A DNA stretch of 64,000 nt from a virus (lineage: Duplodnaviria > Caudoviricetes), in the IMG/VR virus record IMGVR_UViG_3300011868_000001, positions 32,001 through 96,000 of that record, one strand, 5' to 3'. The notes beneath the pieces were generated by a model, which ran no database searches, was not told where the DNA came from, and worked only from the letters and a program-made list of their open reading frames with translations. Position numbers and translations under genes: made by a program. This document shows positions 48,557-57,429 of the stretch, one piece after another. Position 1 is the first letter of the stretch, and each line of letters opens with the position of its first letter.

Positions 48557-49978
48557 TCAGATACGACCGGGCGCTTTACCGAGCTGATAGGACTTGAGGA
48601 TGTCCATCAGTTCTTTACTGTCCGACTTGCCAGCCGACTTGATGTCGTTCTTGGTCAGCTTGGTCGGCATTTCGATGCCACGGGTGTAGATGGTCACCGA
48701 TTCCCAGTCCGGATCTACCACCACCATCAGCATGCTGAAGGTATGGCCGAAAATGCCCTGACGGGTCTTGAAATTGTCCAGCGAGCCGCTGATGCGACGC
48801 TCCAGTTCTTTGGCAGTCTTGATGTCCATGACGATGATCGACGAGGCAGTCGACAGCGACGGACCGCCAGCAAGAGCCTGGGCAGCATTGTTTTTGGTAG
48901 AACGGTTGTAGACGGTTCTGTAGTAACCGGTTTCATCGTTCATCATGGCAGCGCGGTGCGCATCGACGCGGTCCATGGCCAGTACGAAGTCAGCCCAGAA
49001 CTTGATCTCACCAGCGCGCCAGGCTCTCCAGCGACTGCGGAACGTGGCATCGCGACCGCCCACAGCGAGGGTTTCGGTCATGACGTCAGACGGCATACCG
49101 GCTACACGCAGACGGATGACCACAGGAACGGTGGCTTCTTTACCGTCTTCGCTGATGGTTACATCGATCACGTTACCAACAGCCAGGTTGTTGATCTTTT
49201 CGACATACTTGGCAGCGTTGGTCACGCCAGTGCCACCATTGGCAGCGTTTTCTTTCTTCCACTCGTCGAGGGCTTTCTTAGCCAGATCGTTGGCATCTTT
49301 GGCAGTGGCCTTACGAACGCCTTCCATCTCACGCTTGAGCTTCTCTTTGAGCTTCTCATCGGTGATCTTGTCAAGGGTCTTCTGGGCTTCGCTGTCATCT
49401 TTCTTTTCACGCTCTTCCAGAGCCTTCCCGATGATAGCAGCCAGTTCCTCGGCACTGATGTCACTGTCCGCTTCCATCGAAGCGGTGGCATTCTGCTCGG
49501 CGATGATTTCATCGATGAACGGTAGACCGAACGACTCGGACTGTGTCATCGATTCCATCGAGGTCAGCATGGTCATGGTGGCGTCGTTCAGGTCACGATC
49601 CGTGGCGAACTTATCCAGACGACGACCGACGGAAACACCATTGATTTTGGCGTCGAGAGAGACGGCAAGCAACCAGTAACCGGTGAACATGTTGTACGCT
49701 GTGTGGACCACGTCCTGGATGAACGGAATGTTCACGGCGCGCTTGTCCATCAGCATAATGGGCTCAACACGTGCAGATTGTGTGAAGCGAACCAGGTCTC
49801 CGGCTTGACGAGCTGCCAACAGTTCTTTGGCAGTCTTGATGGCTGTGGTACCACCATCCTCGGATACTTTAGTCAGCAATTGCTTGACAATAGCCCCACC
49901 GAGCGTGGCCAGCAGTGAGCCGCCGATAGCGACCAGTGGGAGCGCCTCCTGGGAGACAACTTTTTTGTTCATGAACAA
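48557..49978 (-). CDS. virion head/inner-body protein
   Basis: SQEA, SMES and SMEA processing-type sites. Confidence 0.6.
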   Translation of the reverse strand: MFMNKKVVSQEALPLVAIGGSLLATLGGAIVKQLLTKVSEDGGTTAIKTAKELLAARQAGDLVRFTQSARVEPIMLMDKRAVNIPFIQDVVHTAYNMFTGYWLLAVSLDAKINGVSVGRRLDKFATDRDLNDATMTMLTSMESMTQSESFGLPFIDEIIAEQNATASMEADSDISAEELAAIIGKALEEREKKDDSEAQKTLDKITDEKLKEKLKREMEGVRKATAKDANDLAKKALDEWKKENAANGGTGVTNAAKYVEKINNLAVGNVIDVTISEDGKEATVPVVIRLRVAGMPSDVMTETLAVGGRDATFRSRWRAWRAGEIKFWADFVLAMDRVDAHRAAMMNDETGYYRTVYNRSTKNNAAQALAGGPSLSTASSIIVMDIKTAKELERRISGSLDNFKTRQGIFGHTFSMLMVVVDPDWESVTIYTRGIEMPTKLTKNDIKSAGKSDSKELMDILKSYQLGKAPGRI

Positions 49979-50005
49979 TTTCCTTCATTAAAGGCGTGGA
50001 GCAAA

Positions 50006-51151
50006 ATGAGCGAGGAATTCAAACTAATGAAACAGGTGCTTGACGTGATAGCCAAGCACGGAGGTTTCGACAGTGATGATGCTGTGATGCGACGGCTGAC
50101 TCGTGAGCAGGGAACCGGTGCACTGGGTGCTCGCTTCCACGATCTGCTTGGAGGATACAATCGTACACAGCAAGGAACTGCGGTGCCTGCAAACACAGAC
50201 ATGCAGGGGCTTACGTTTTTCACACGCCCGAATTTGAACCTGTCATACGATAACGTGATGGCGGTGCGTCAATTGTCCGTTTTGGCCAGTGATAACCCTC
50301 GATCGTACAATCGAATCATTCGGCGAATGCTGTGGCCGGACAGTATCTATTCAGATATTCGTAACGACAATCTGATCTTCGATAACCGTCAAGCGTTTAT
50401 GCCGCTCTTCTCCAATTCCCTGACGAACATGTCAGGCTGGCCAGATTTGACCCTGCATGCCTACAGCTCTAGCGAAGGCATGGCTAAGGAAGTCTGGATG
50501 ATGAACGACAGCATTGCCGAGATCAACGGTCGTTTTGACCTTGACTGCACCTTCGAAAATACCATAGGCGATCCTATACCATTGTCGCTGTTTGCGTGGT
50601 TGCTCTATATCGGCGGTGTCTACATGGGCACCAAGATTCAGCCCGCCGGTTACAGCATCGTGCAAAATGAGATCGACTACATGACCCGCATCTACCGCTT
50701 CTCAATGGATTGGTCGGGGCGGTTTATTCAAAAATGGGCGGCCTGTGGGGCGGCGTTTCCAACCGGTCTGTCCTTGGGTACGTCGTTTAACTACTCACGC
50801 GACAATCCGTATAACGAAGCAAACAAATCCGTGCAGGCTTCCTTTGCCTGTACCATCGCCGAGTACAATGACCCGATCACCTTGTGGGAATTTAACAAGT
50901 TGGTGGTCATGTTCAACCCATCCATGGGTGATGGTATTCGGGAAAAGGACATGGTTATGATTACGCCAGAGGAACGCAAGCTCTTTAACTACAAGGGCTT
51001 TCCGTGGATCAATCTGATGGGCAATAACGAGCTAGAATGGTGGGTAGATCGAAGCGAATATATCGCCGTCACCAAAGGCCAGTTGCGTGAAGGCACCCAG
51101 CTTCAGGCGATCAACACCACCAGCGATAATCTCAACCAGACGACGGTTTAA
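50006..51151 (+). CDS. virion structural protein (tail-tube/baseplate-like)
   Basis: FFTRPNLNL motif; divergent + strand pair as recalled for phiKZ-like phages. Confidence 0.6.
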   Translation: MSEEFKLMKQVLDVIAKHGGFDSDDAVMRRLTREQGTGALGARFHDLLGGYNRTQQGTAVPANTDMQGLTFFTRPNLNLSYDNVMAVRQLSVLASDNPRSYNRIIRRMLWPDSIYSDIRNDNLIFDNRQAFMPLFSNSLTNMSGWPDLTLHAYSSSEGMAKEVWMMNDSIAEINGRFDLDCTFENTIGDPIPLSLFAWLLYIGGVYMGTKIQPAGYSIVQNEIDYMTRIYRFSMDWSGRFIQKWAACGAAFPTGLSLGTSFNYSRDNPYNEANKSVQASFACTIAEYNDPITLWEFNKLVVMFNPSMGDGIREKDMVMITPEERKLFNYKGFPWINLMGNNELEWWVDRSEYIAVTKGQLREGTQLQAINTTSDNLNQTTV

Positions 51152-51163
51152 TTGGAGACTGAG

Positions 51164-54079
51164 ATGTCAAGAACCGATCTTAATGCCATGATTGAGGCTG
51201 CCAAACTCAATCCCATGGCAGTACAACGCGCAGGCATCGACTACCTGGAAGCCGTGCATAATGGCGAGGTGGAGATTGTCGACCCGAGTAACGCATTTGT
51301 CTATCTCATGGAAATGGGTTCGACGATGTTTTCCAATCTGGCGCGCAAAGACGAACTGCTTAACCGGGTCCAGTACCCGGAACTGGCCATGACCCGCGAT
51401 GAGCTGTACCGTCACATGAGTGATGTCGATTACATCAACGTGTTCTCCAGTCCTTCGACGGCGCCGTTGCTGCTGATCTACAGCCTGAGCGAGATCATGG
51501 AAAAGGCCGTGGAAACCGGGCACGCAGGCATGCGTAAACTGGTCATTCCTCGTCACACCAAGATCATGGCAGGCGATGCGCCCTTTACCCTGCAATACCC
51601 CATTGAGATTCGGGTGCTGCCACATGGGGGCTTGCAGATCGTTTACGATAACTCCAAGCCGTCGCCCCTGCAGCGTCTGGAATCGAACAAAGTCGAGTGG
51701 TCGATCGTCAACTACAACGTGGGACATGAAGAATTCGTTCAGATCGAAACCCCTACGCAGCAGATCGAAATCAAGAGCTACACCGCGCCGATGTCAGCTG
51801 CGAAGGTCTTTAATAAGACCTACGGCTTCACCGATAAGTTCTACTTCTGCCGAGTCTACCAGAGCAATGCACAAGGCGGCTGGGACGAGATCAAGACCAC
51901 GCACAGTGACCAAGTCTTTGACCCGAGTACGCCAACGGCTGTGCTGAAGCTGCTTGAAGGGCAACTGAATGTCTCGATCCCTCAGGTCTACTATAGCACC
52001 GCACTGGTGACCCGTACCCTGAGGATCGATATCTACACCACCCGTGGTGTGTTCGAGCTGGCCTTGCAGGGTTACAGCCCCGACATGTTCAAGAGCACCT
52101 ACACCGACTATGACAACGATGACAACGGTAAATATACCGCACCTGTCTCGCGTCTGGTCACCGGGTACTTCATGGCCAGTGGTCCGGCCACCGGGGGCTC
52201 TAATGCGATCAGTTTCGAGAAGCTGAAGAAGCGGGTGATCAACAACGCATTGGGTAACATCGATGTCCCGATCACCAATGTGCAGATCGAGTCGCAGCTG
52301 GACTTGCTGACTGATGCAGGCTTTAGCTGTGTGCTTCACGTCGACAACGTAACCAATCGACTGTACGCTGCCTCACGGGAATTACCCACTCCTGAGATCA
52401 AGGAAATCTCCAGTGGCATTGGGGCAAACGTCATTACTTTGACCAAGACCATCGATCAACTGCTGGCCAGCGCCGATGTGATGAACAACGGTCAGCGTAT
52501 CACGGTACTGCCCAGCAACCTGTACCGTGATGAAGGCGGTTATCTGTCGATTGTCGACAAGGAAGCTCGTGCAGCCCTGATGGCCCTGCCCAGCGATGTA
52601 CTGGTCGAGCAGGTGAGCAATGGCAACTACTTCTACACGCCGTTCCATTACGTGTACGATGTCAGTGACGATGTCTTCTCGGTGAGGTCGTATTACTTCG
52701 GTTCCCCTGCACTGTCCAAGCGGTTCTTCGTGATGGACAATGGCACCATGGGCCTCGGGATTAATTCCAGTGGGCATGCATTCTCCCGGACTGAGACTGG
52801 CTGGGTCCTGCGGGTCATGACCAACAGCACGGAAAGCACCAAGGAACTGGACGACGATGGTCTGGTGGCACAGATCGCCTACATCCCACCGGGTGAGGTG
52901 ACCCGTACCTGCCTGAACGGCACCTTCGTGGGCCGTGACCCAAGCACTCGAGAGTGGATTTTCGAATTCCGCTTCGACTCCAGTTGGGATGTGGACAAGG
53001 CCAATCGAGTCTACCTTGACGGGTTTGAAACCGAAGGCATCTCGCCCCATCCGTATCCGGCCAACATGGACACGGTGTTTGATATCTTCTACGGGGTGCG
53101 GACCGATCTGGTTGAGGTAGGGGAGGAGACTCAGATCGATCAGGTCATGGGTAAGTTCCTCTTCGAAGATGCTGTAACCGGCCTGTACCACGAGCAAGTG
53201 ACGCTCACACTGGGTCATGTACTGGATGGTCTGTGGGCACGGGCACGTTCCTCGGTCGGTGAAGAGCAGTACCTGCGTTACGACGAAGATGTTCCAATGG
53301 TCTACACCACCAACATCCCGGCCCGTAATGGCGAAACCGGGGCTGTGATGATTGAGTACGACGCCAACAACAAACCCTCGATCGTGTACGAGCACCGTGC
53401 AGGCGATGTCGTCATGGAAGGTGACAATGTCGTTTACCTGCATCGTCGAGGAGATATCATCCTTCACAACGGTGAACCAGTGGTTGCTTCGCCACGGACC
53501 GTACTGCGTCAAGTCGAGCTGTGTCTGTTCGACGGTACGTACTACTTCGTGACCAACCAGACCGATTTGACCTATCGTGACAGCGTGCCGGATCAGATCG
53601 TTCAGTGGGTCAATGTCACACTCAAGCCCATTCGCAGTAAGCTTCTGGAGAAAACCAAACTCTGGTTCCATCCGAAGGCGACAGTGGGCCTGATCGATGC
53701 ATTGGTCGACGGTAGCATGCAGGTCACTCTACAAGCTGCTCAGCACCTGACGGTTGAATACTTCGTATCCAACAACGTCTATCGTGATGAAGCACTCAAG
53801 GAAGAGATTCGCAAAAGTACCCGTAAAGCGATCACCCAGGCTTTCAAGGAAACGCAAGTGACCCGCAACGGCCTGGAGACCTCGCTCAAGGAAATGATGG
53901 GTACTGATGTCATGGGTGTGACGGTCTCGAACCTGGGCGGTGAACGCAACTTCAGCGTGATCTCCATGAGCGATGAATCGTCGCGTCTGTGCATTGGCAA
54001 GAAGCTGGTGGCGCTGCCTAACGGCACCTTCGGGGTCGAAGACAGTATCACCATCGAGTTCGTCAAGCACTCGGTGTAA
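51164..54079 (+). CDS. large virion structural protein (putative baseplate wedge)
   Basis: About 970 aa; ATGGSNAISFEKLKKRVI resembles the baseplate-J GG.D.E motif. Confidence 0.6.
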   Translation: MSRTDLNAMIEAAKLNPMAVQRAGIDYLEAVHNGEVEIVDPSNAFVYLMEMGSTMFSNLARKDELLNRVQYPELAMTRDELYRHMSDVDYINVFSSPSTAPLLLIYSLSEIMEKAVETGHAGMRKLVIPRHTKIMAGDAPFTLQYPIEIRVLPHGGLQIVYDNSKPSPLQRLESNKVEWSIVNYNVGHEEFVQIETPTQQIEIKSYTAPMSAAKVFNKTYGFTDKFYFCRVYQSNAQGGWDEIKTTHSDQVFDPSTPTAVLKLLEGQLNVSIPQVYYSTALVTRTLRIDIYTTRGVFELALQGYSPDMFKSTYTDYDNDDNGKYTAPVSRLVTGYFMASGPATGGSNAISFEKLKKRVINNALGNIDVPITNVQIESQLDLLTDAGFSCVLHVDNVTNRLYAASRELPTPEIKEISSGIGANVITLTKTIDQLLASADVMNNGQRITVLPSNLYRDEGGYLSIVDKEARAALMALPSDVLVEQVSNGNYFYTPFHYVYDVSDDVFSVRSYYFGSPALSKRFFVMDNGTMGLGINSSGHAFSRTETGWVLRVMTNSTESTKELDDDGLVAQIAYIPPGEVTRTCLNGTFVGRDPSTREWIFEFRFDSSWDVDKANRVYLDGFETEGISPHPYPANMDTVFDIFYGVRTDLVEVGEETQIDQVMGKFLFEDAVTGLYHEQVTLTLGHVLDGLWARARSSVGEEQYLRYDEDVPMVYTTNIPARNGETGAVMIEYDANNKPSIVYEHRAGDVVMEGDNVVYLHRRGDIILHNGEPVVASPRTVLRQVELCLFDGTYYFVTNQTDLTYRDSVPDQIVQWVNVTLKPIRSKLLEKTKLWFHPKATVGLIDALVDGSMQVTLQAAQHLTVEYFVSNNVYRDEALKEEIRKSTRKAITQAFKETQVTRNGLETSLKEMMGTDVMGVTVSNLGGERNFSVISMSDESSRLCIGKKLVALPNGTFGVEDSITIEFVKHSV

Positions 54080-54081
54080 CG

Positions 54082-54115
54082 GCATAAGGGGAGGGCTTCG
54101 GCCCTCCCTCTATGT
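54082..54115. terminator. stem-loop between convergent genes (CATA-hairpin-TATG family)
   Basis: GCATAAGGGGAGGGC-TTCG-GCCCTCCCTCTATG. Confidence 0.75.
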
Positions 54116-54119
54116 TGCG

Positions 54120-55466
54120 TCACATACCGAACTGGTGGATGATGGCCGCAGTGCGCTTGGACGTCTTAACCACTATCTCAGCCAAGGTGTCAGCTGCTTC
54201 AGCCATAGCCAGTAAGGTTTGCAGGTTCTGCACCTTAGCTTGGAGTGACTCTATCGCATCGTGACTGGAACCGGGGGCTGACTGTAGCTTGGTCAATTCC
54301 CCATTGGCACGGTTCATTTCAGCGTTGATCAGCCCTACGGCCTTTGCCGAGTCGCGCTGGACATTCTCAATCCAGTTGAACCGGACCTTCTTCAGAGCAT
54401 CATTGGCATCTTTCAAAACGGTGTCAAAATCAACCTTATCCATGGCATCACTCGTCGATGCCAGCTTCTTGACAGCGGCCAAAGCATCGTTGACCGAGGT
54501 ACGTAGCATCCGATGATGTTTGACGACCGTCTCGATGCGGTGGTCATCAAACCCACTGATGTTAAGTTTGGTACCTACAGTGCCTTCAAAGAAGTACTTG
54601 ATAGGGCCTGACAGTGGCACGGCCTTGTCCGAGGATACGGCCTGACTGGTGATCACCCCCAGAAGATCATCAGCAAACGTCAGAAGCTGTTGATCGTAGC
54701 CATTGATTAACTTGACAACCAGGTCATTTAACGCCCCTTTGATTTTCTCCTCGCGGGCACTTAAGACCTTCTTGACGGTCTCGGCAGCTGGCACTTCAGG
54801 GTGTGCTTTGACTTCCGCAATGACCTGTTGGACGATCTGCGTCTGGGGTACGTCTTTAATTGGACGCGGCGCCGGAGCATTTTTCATCTCGTTTTCAAGC
54901 TGACGCAGCGCATCCAGACGACGCTGAGCTTCTCTGATCAGTTCTTCGTTGGCCACAGGCTTATATTCGGTCGTAACCTTCTTAACCGCCACCTGTACTT
55001 TCTTTGTTTCAACAGGCTTATTCTTGAATAGGCCCATCAGCGCTTTGACCTTGGAGCGAATCCATTCGATGGCTTTCTTGATCGCATCGATGATCCTACG
55101 ACCAATCGAGGAGAGCAGGTTTTCCATCGAGGCATCGTAGTTGACCTTGGACGGCATCAGGGTAAAACTTGAAAGCGGCATCAGCGCAAATGTATCTTCG
55201 AACCCTTCCATGGAAGTGGTCATCGACTGAATTGTCTGAGCATCGACACGGCTGATAGCGCCGGATTCTCTGAGTTCACCGAGCATGCCACGCAGACTTT
55301 CCATTGCAGGCGCCAAGGCGTCCTCAGGCAGTTCGCCGGATTCGACCTTATCGGTAGTATCCTCAATGCCGGTCAGGTCCTCGAGAAGGTCTTCAAGCGA
55401 AGTGTTCTCGATCTGTTCGATCATTTCTGGAGTGAGTTCATTCACGACTTCTTCGGGAAGGGACAT
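54120..55466 (-). CDS. internal head protein with acidic propeptide
   Basis: SLED, AMES, SMEG and SMEN sites, then an amphipathic helix. Confidence 0.7.
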   Translation of the reverse strand: MSLPEEVVNELTPEMIEQIENTSLEDLLEDLTGIEDTTDKVESGELPEDALAPAMESLRGMLGELRESGAISRVDAQTIQSMTTSMEGFEDTFALMPLSSFTLMPSKVNYDASMENLLSSIGRRIIDAIKKAIEWIRSKVKALMGLFKNKPVETKKVQVAVKKVTTEYKPVANEELIREAQRRLDALRQLENEMKNAPAPRPIKDVPQTQIVQQVIAEVKAHPEVPAAETVKKVLSAREEKIKGALNDLVVKLINGYDQQLLTFADDLLGVITSQAVSSDKAVPLSGPIKYFFEGTVGTKLNISGFDDHRIETVVKHHRMLRTSVNDALAAVKKLASTSDAMDKVDFDTVLKDANDALKKVRFNWIENVQRDSAKAVGLINAEMNRANGELTKLQSAPGSSHDAIESLQAKVQNLQTLLAMAEAADTLAEIVVKTSKRTAAIIHQFGM

Positions 55467-55495
55467 ATCAGGTTCATCCTAGATAAACTGAATAC

Positions 55496-55523
55496 GATCA
55501 GTGGAGGGTATCCTCCACTGATC
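55496..55523. terminator. intergenic stem-loop
   Basis: GATCAGTGGAGG-GTAT-CCTCCACTGATC. Confidence 0.55.
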
Positions 55524-55539
55524 CAACGGTGTGGTTGCG

Positions 55540-55971
55540 TTAAACGACAAAGCGACGTACGAACTCAGCCACGTCGGAGCGCAGCAGGTTGCCATAGCCG
55601 CAGTTCAGGACTTCGGCATGAACCTGATCGACACTCTGCTCGAACGCCGGGCGTTTGAGTTGAGCGACGATGTCAGTGCAGCTCAGCTGACGGGGTTCGT
55701 GGCACAGTACGTAGCGGTTGCGGTAGACGTCGACCACCATGTTGTAGGTGACATTGACTGAGAACGGATACAGTTCATTCATCTCACCGATGACACGCTT
55801 GGCGGTCTCAGCATGGAACTGTTCGAAATGTGCGACCACCGAATCGACAGCCGCCGACGGCAGGGTGAAGGCGTAGCCCAGTTCGATGGCCAGAGCGGTT
55901 TCGAGGAAAGGCTTGCGCAGTTCAGGTTTTTCACAGCCTTCAAGGAGTTGGAGCAGGCGTTGCAGTTTCAT
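55540..55971 (-). CDS. hypothetical protein
   Basis: Likely start MKLQRL. Confidence 0.65.
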   Translation of the reverse strand: MKLQRLLQLLEGCEKPELRKPFLETALAIELGYAFTLPSAAVDSVVAHFEQFHAETAKRVIGEMNELYPFSVNVTYNMVVDVYRNRYVLCHEPRQLSCTDIVAQLKRPAFEQSVDQVHAEVLNCGYGNLLRSDVAEFVRRFVV

Positions 55972-55975
55972 GAGG

Positions 55976-57301
55976 TTACACCGTTTGCAGTTTGTTGGAG
56001 AGTTCGAAGAGACGGTTGTTGACCAGCTCTTCCAGTTGACGTTGCAGTTTCTGTTCGGCTGGACGACCATTGAAGATGCCAGTGAACCAAGCCGAGAAGA
56101 CAGCTGGGCCGAAGTAATGCTTGTGGGTCAGGTTATCGACGATTTCATCGATTGCCTGAATCTGCTCGATCAGACCGCGACGCTGTTGAACAGTCAGATT
56201 CTGATCTTTGGAGGAGGCAATCACTTCGCGGCGCATGGCCTTATAACGGTGTTCAATTGGGTCGTAGACGCCGTCATCGATGCCGCTGAACAGGACCATG
56301 ACAACGCTGAAGAAACCACCGATAATCAAGGCCGGGATGAGGGCGCCAGCGCCGAAAGCGACAACCATATTCCCTGCCAAGAACAGACCGGAACCCAGAT
56401 GCGACAGCCAATGCCCCATCGACGCGATGTAGTTGGCAGTACGACCTCGGTATTCGGCAAGGTACGCAGGATACGCTTTGTACATGAGATCCAGTGCTTG
56501 GACGATCAGGTGTGCGCCGCCATGACGGGCCACAAATTGGTCAGAGCTGAATTCGAAAGCGCGGCGGTCATAGAACTTGGTGCCCAATTCAGAACGAATG
56601 CTCTCGACAACCGAGGCCAGTACAATCTGCTGGATCACCAGTGGGTCACTGCTACGGTTGATTTCGCCGAGGTCACGAATACGCCAGCCAGTCTTCTGCT
56701 CGGCGACCCTGACAACTTCTTGAACCACTTTGTCATCTTCGCCTTCGTGTTGACGCCGCAGGATTTCAGAAACGACGACGTTACCCAACGCCATCTTGCC
56801 AAGGTAGCGCAGGTAGGTAAAGGCGTGACCCATTTCATGGGTCAGGATGGCCGCAATATGCTCGCCTTTAATGGCGTCTCTGAGGGACGGCCAAGTAAAG
56901 AACTCAATAGCGCAGAAGATATCCACCGGAATATCACTGTAAGCGCCACTGACCTTACCGGTCTTGATGTTGACCTCGCCTTTGAAAAGTTCTTGCTCTG
57001 ATACAGGGCGTTTCAGGCGAGTAACCCGTTCAACGATTTCATCAGAACGCATTGGGTTGGCGGCATTCGCCTGAGGTGGGATCACGAAGGCGTTCGGACC
57101 ACCTTGCTTGACGAAATGGAAGTTGAAGGTCATGCCGGTGTGCTTCTTGGCAATCTTCTTCATAGCGGCACTGACGGCATTGAACGTTGCATTAGATGGA
57201 TCGCTCAATGCAGAGTCCAGCTGAAGGGCCAGTTCAGCAATCAGTTTGGAATCTCGCTGGAAGTCAATCGCTTCCATCGAGGCAATTAGTGCTTTGTTCA
57301 T
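55976..57301 (-). CDS. virion-associated HEXXH zinc metalloprotease-like protein (M48-like)
   Basis: PNAF, AAILTHEMGH, EFSSDQF, hydrophobic hairpin, N-terminal SMEA site. Confidence 0.7.
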   Translation of the reverse strand: MNKALIASMEAIDFQRDSKLIAELALQLDSALSDPSNATFNAVSAAMKKIAKKHTGMTFNFHFVKQGGPNAFVIPPQANAANPMRSDEIVERVTRLKRPVSEQELFKGEVNIKTGKVSGAYSDIPVDIFCAIEFFTWPSLRDAIKGEHIAAILTHEMGHAFTYLRYLGKMALGNVVVSEILRRQHEGEDDKVVQEVVRVAEQKTGWRIRDLGEINRSSDPLVIQQIVLASVVESIRSELGTKFYDRRAFEFSSDQFVARHGGAHLIVQALDLMYKAYPAYLAEYRGRTANYIASMGHWLSHLGSGLFLAGNMVVAFGAGALIPALIIGGFFSVVMVLFSGIDDGVYDPIEHRYKAMRREVIASSKDQNLTVQQRRGLIEQIQAIDEIVDNLTHKHYFGPAVFSAWFTGIFNGRPAEQKLQRQLEELVNNRLFELSNKLQTV

Positions 57302-57429
57302 AGGTGGTCTCGTAAAAGTCAGGTTGGCATGAAGAACCCATCATAGAGATTGGCGTAAATTGTTACTACCTGTATATATCCATTTGAAAGAGGGCAGCGC
57401 CCTCGCCCACTTGATACAGGACACTTCTC

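Noticed and set aside
42971-49679. Long + strand ORFs (458, 400, 366 aa etc.) opposite the head genes
   Set aside because: Antisense shadows caused by strong codon bias in the real minus-strand genes; the same applies to 52382..53671 and 57715..58872.
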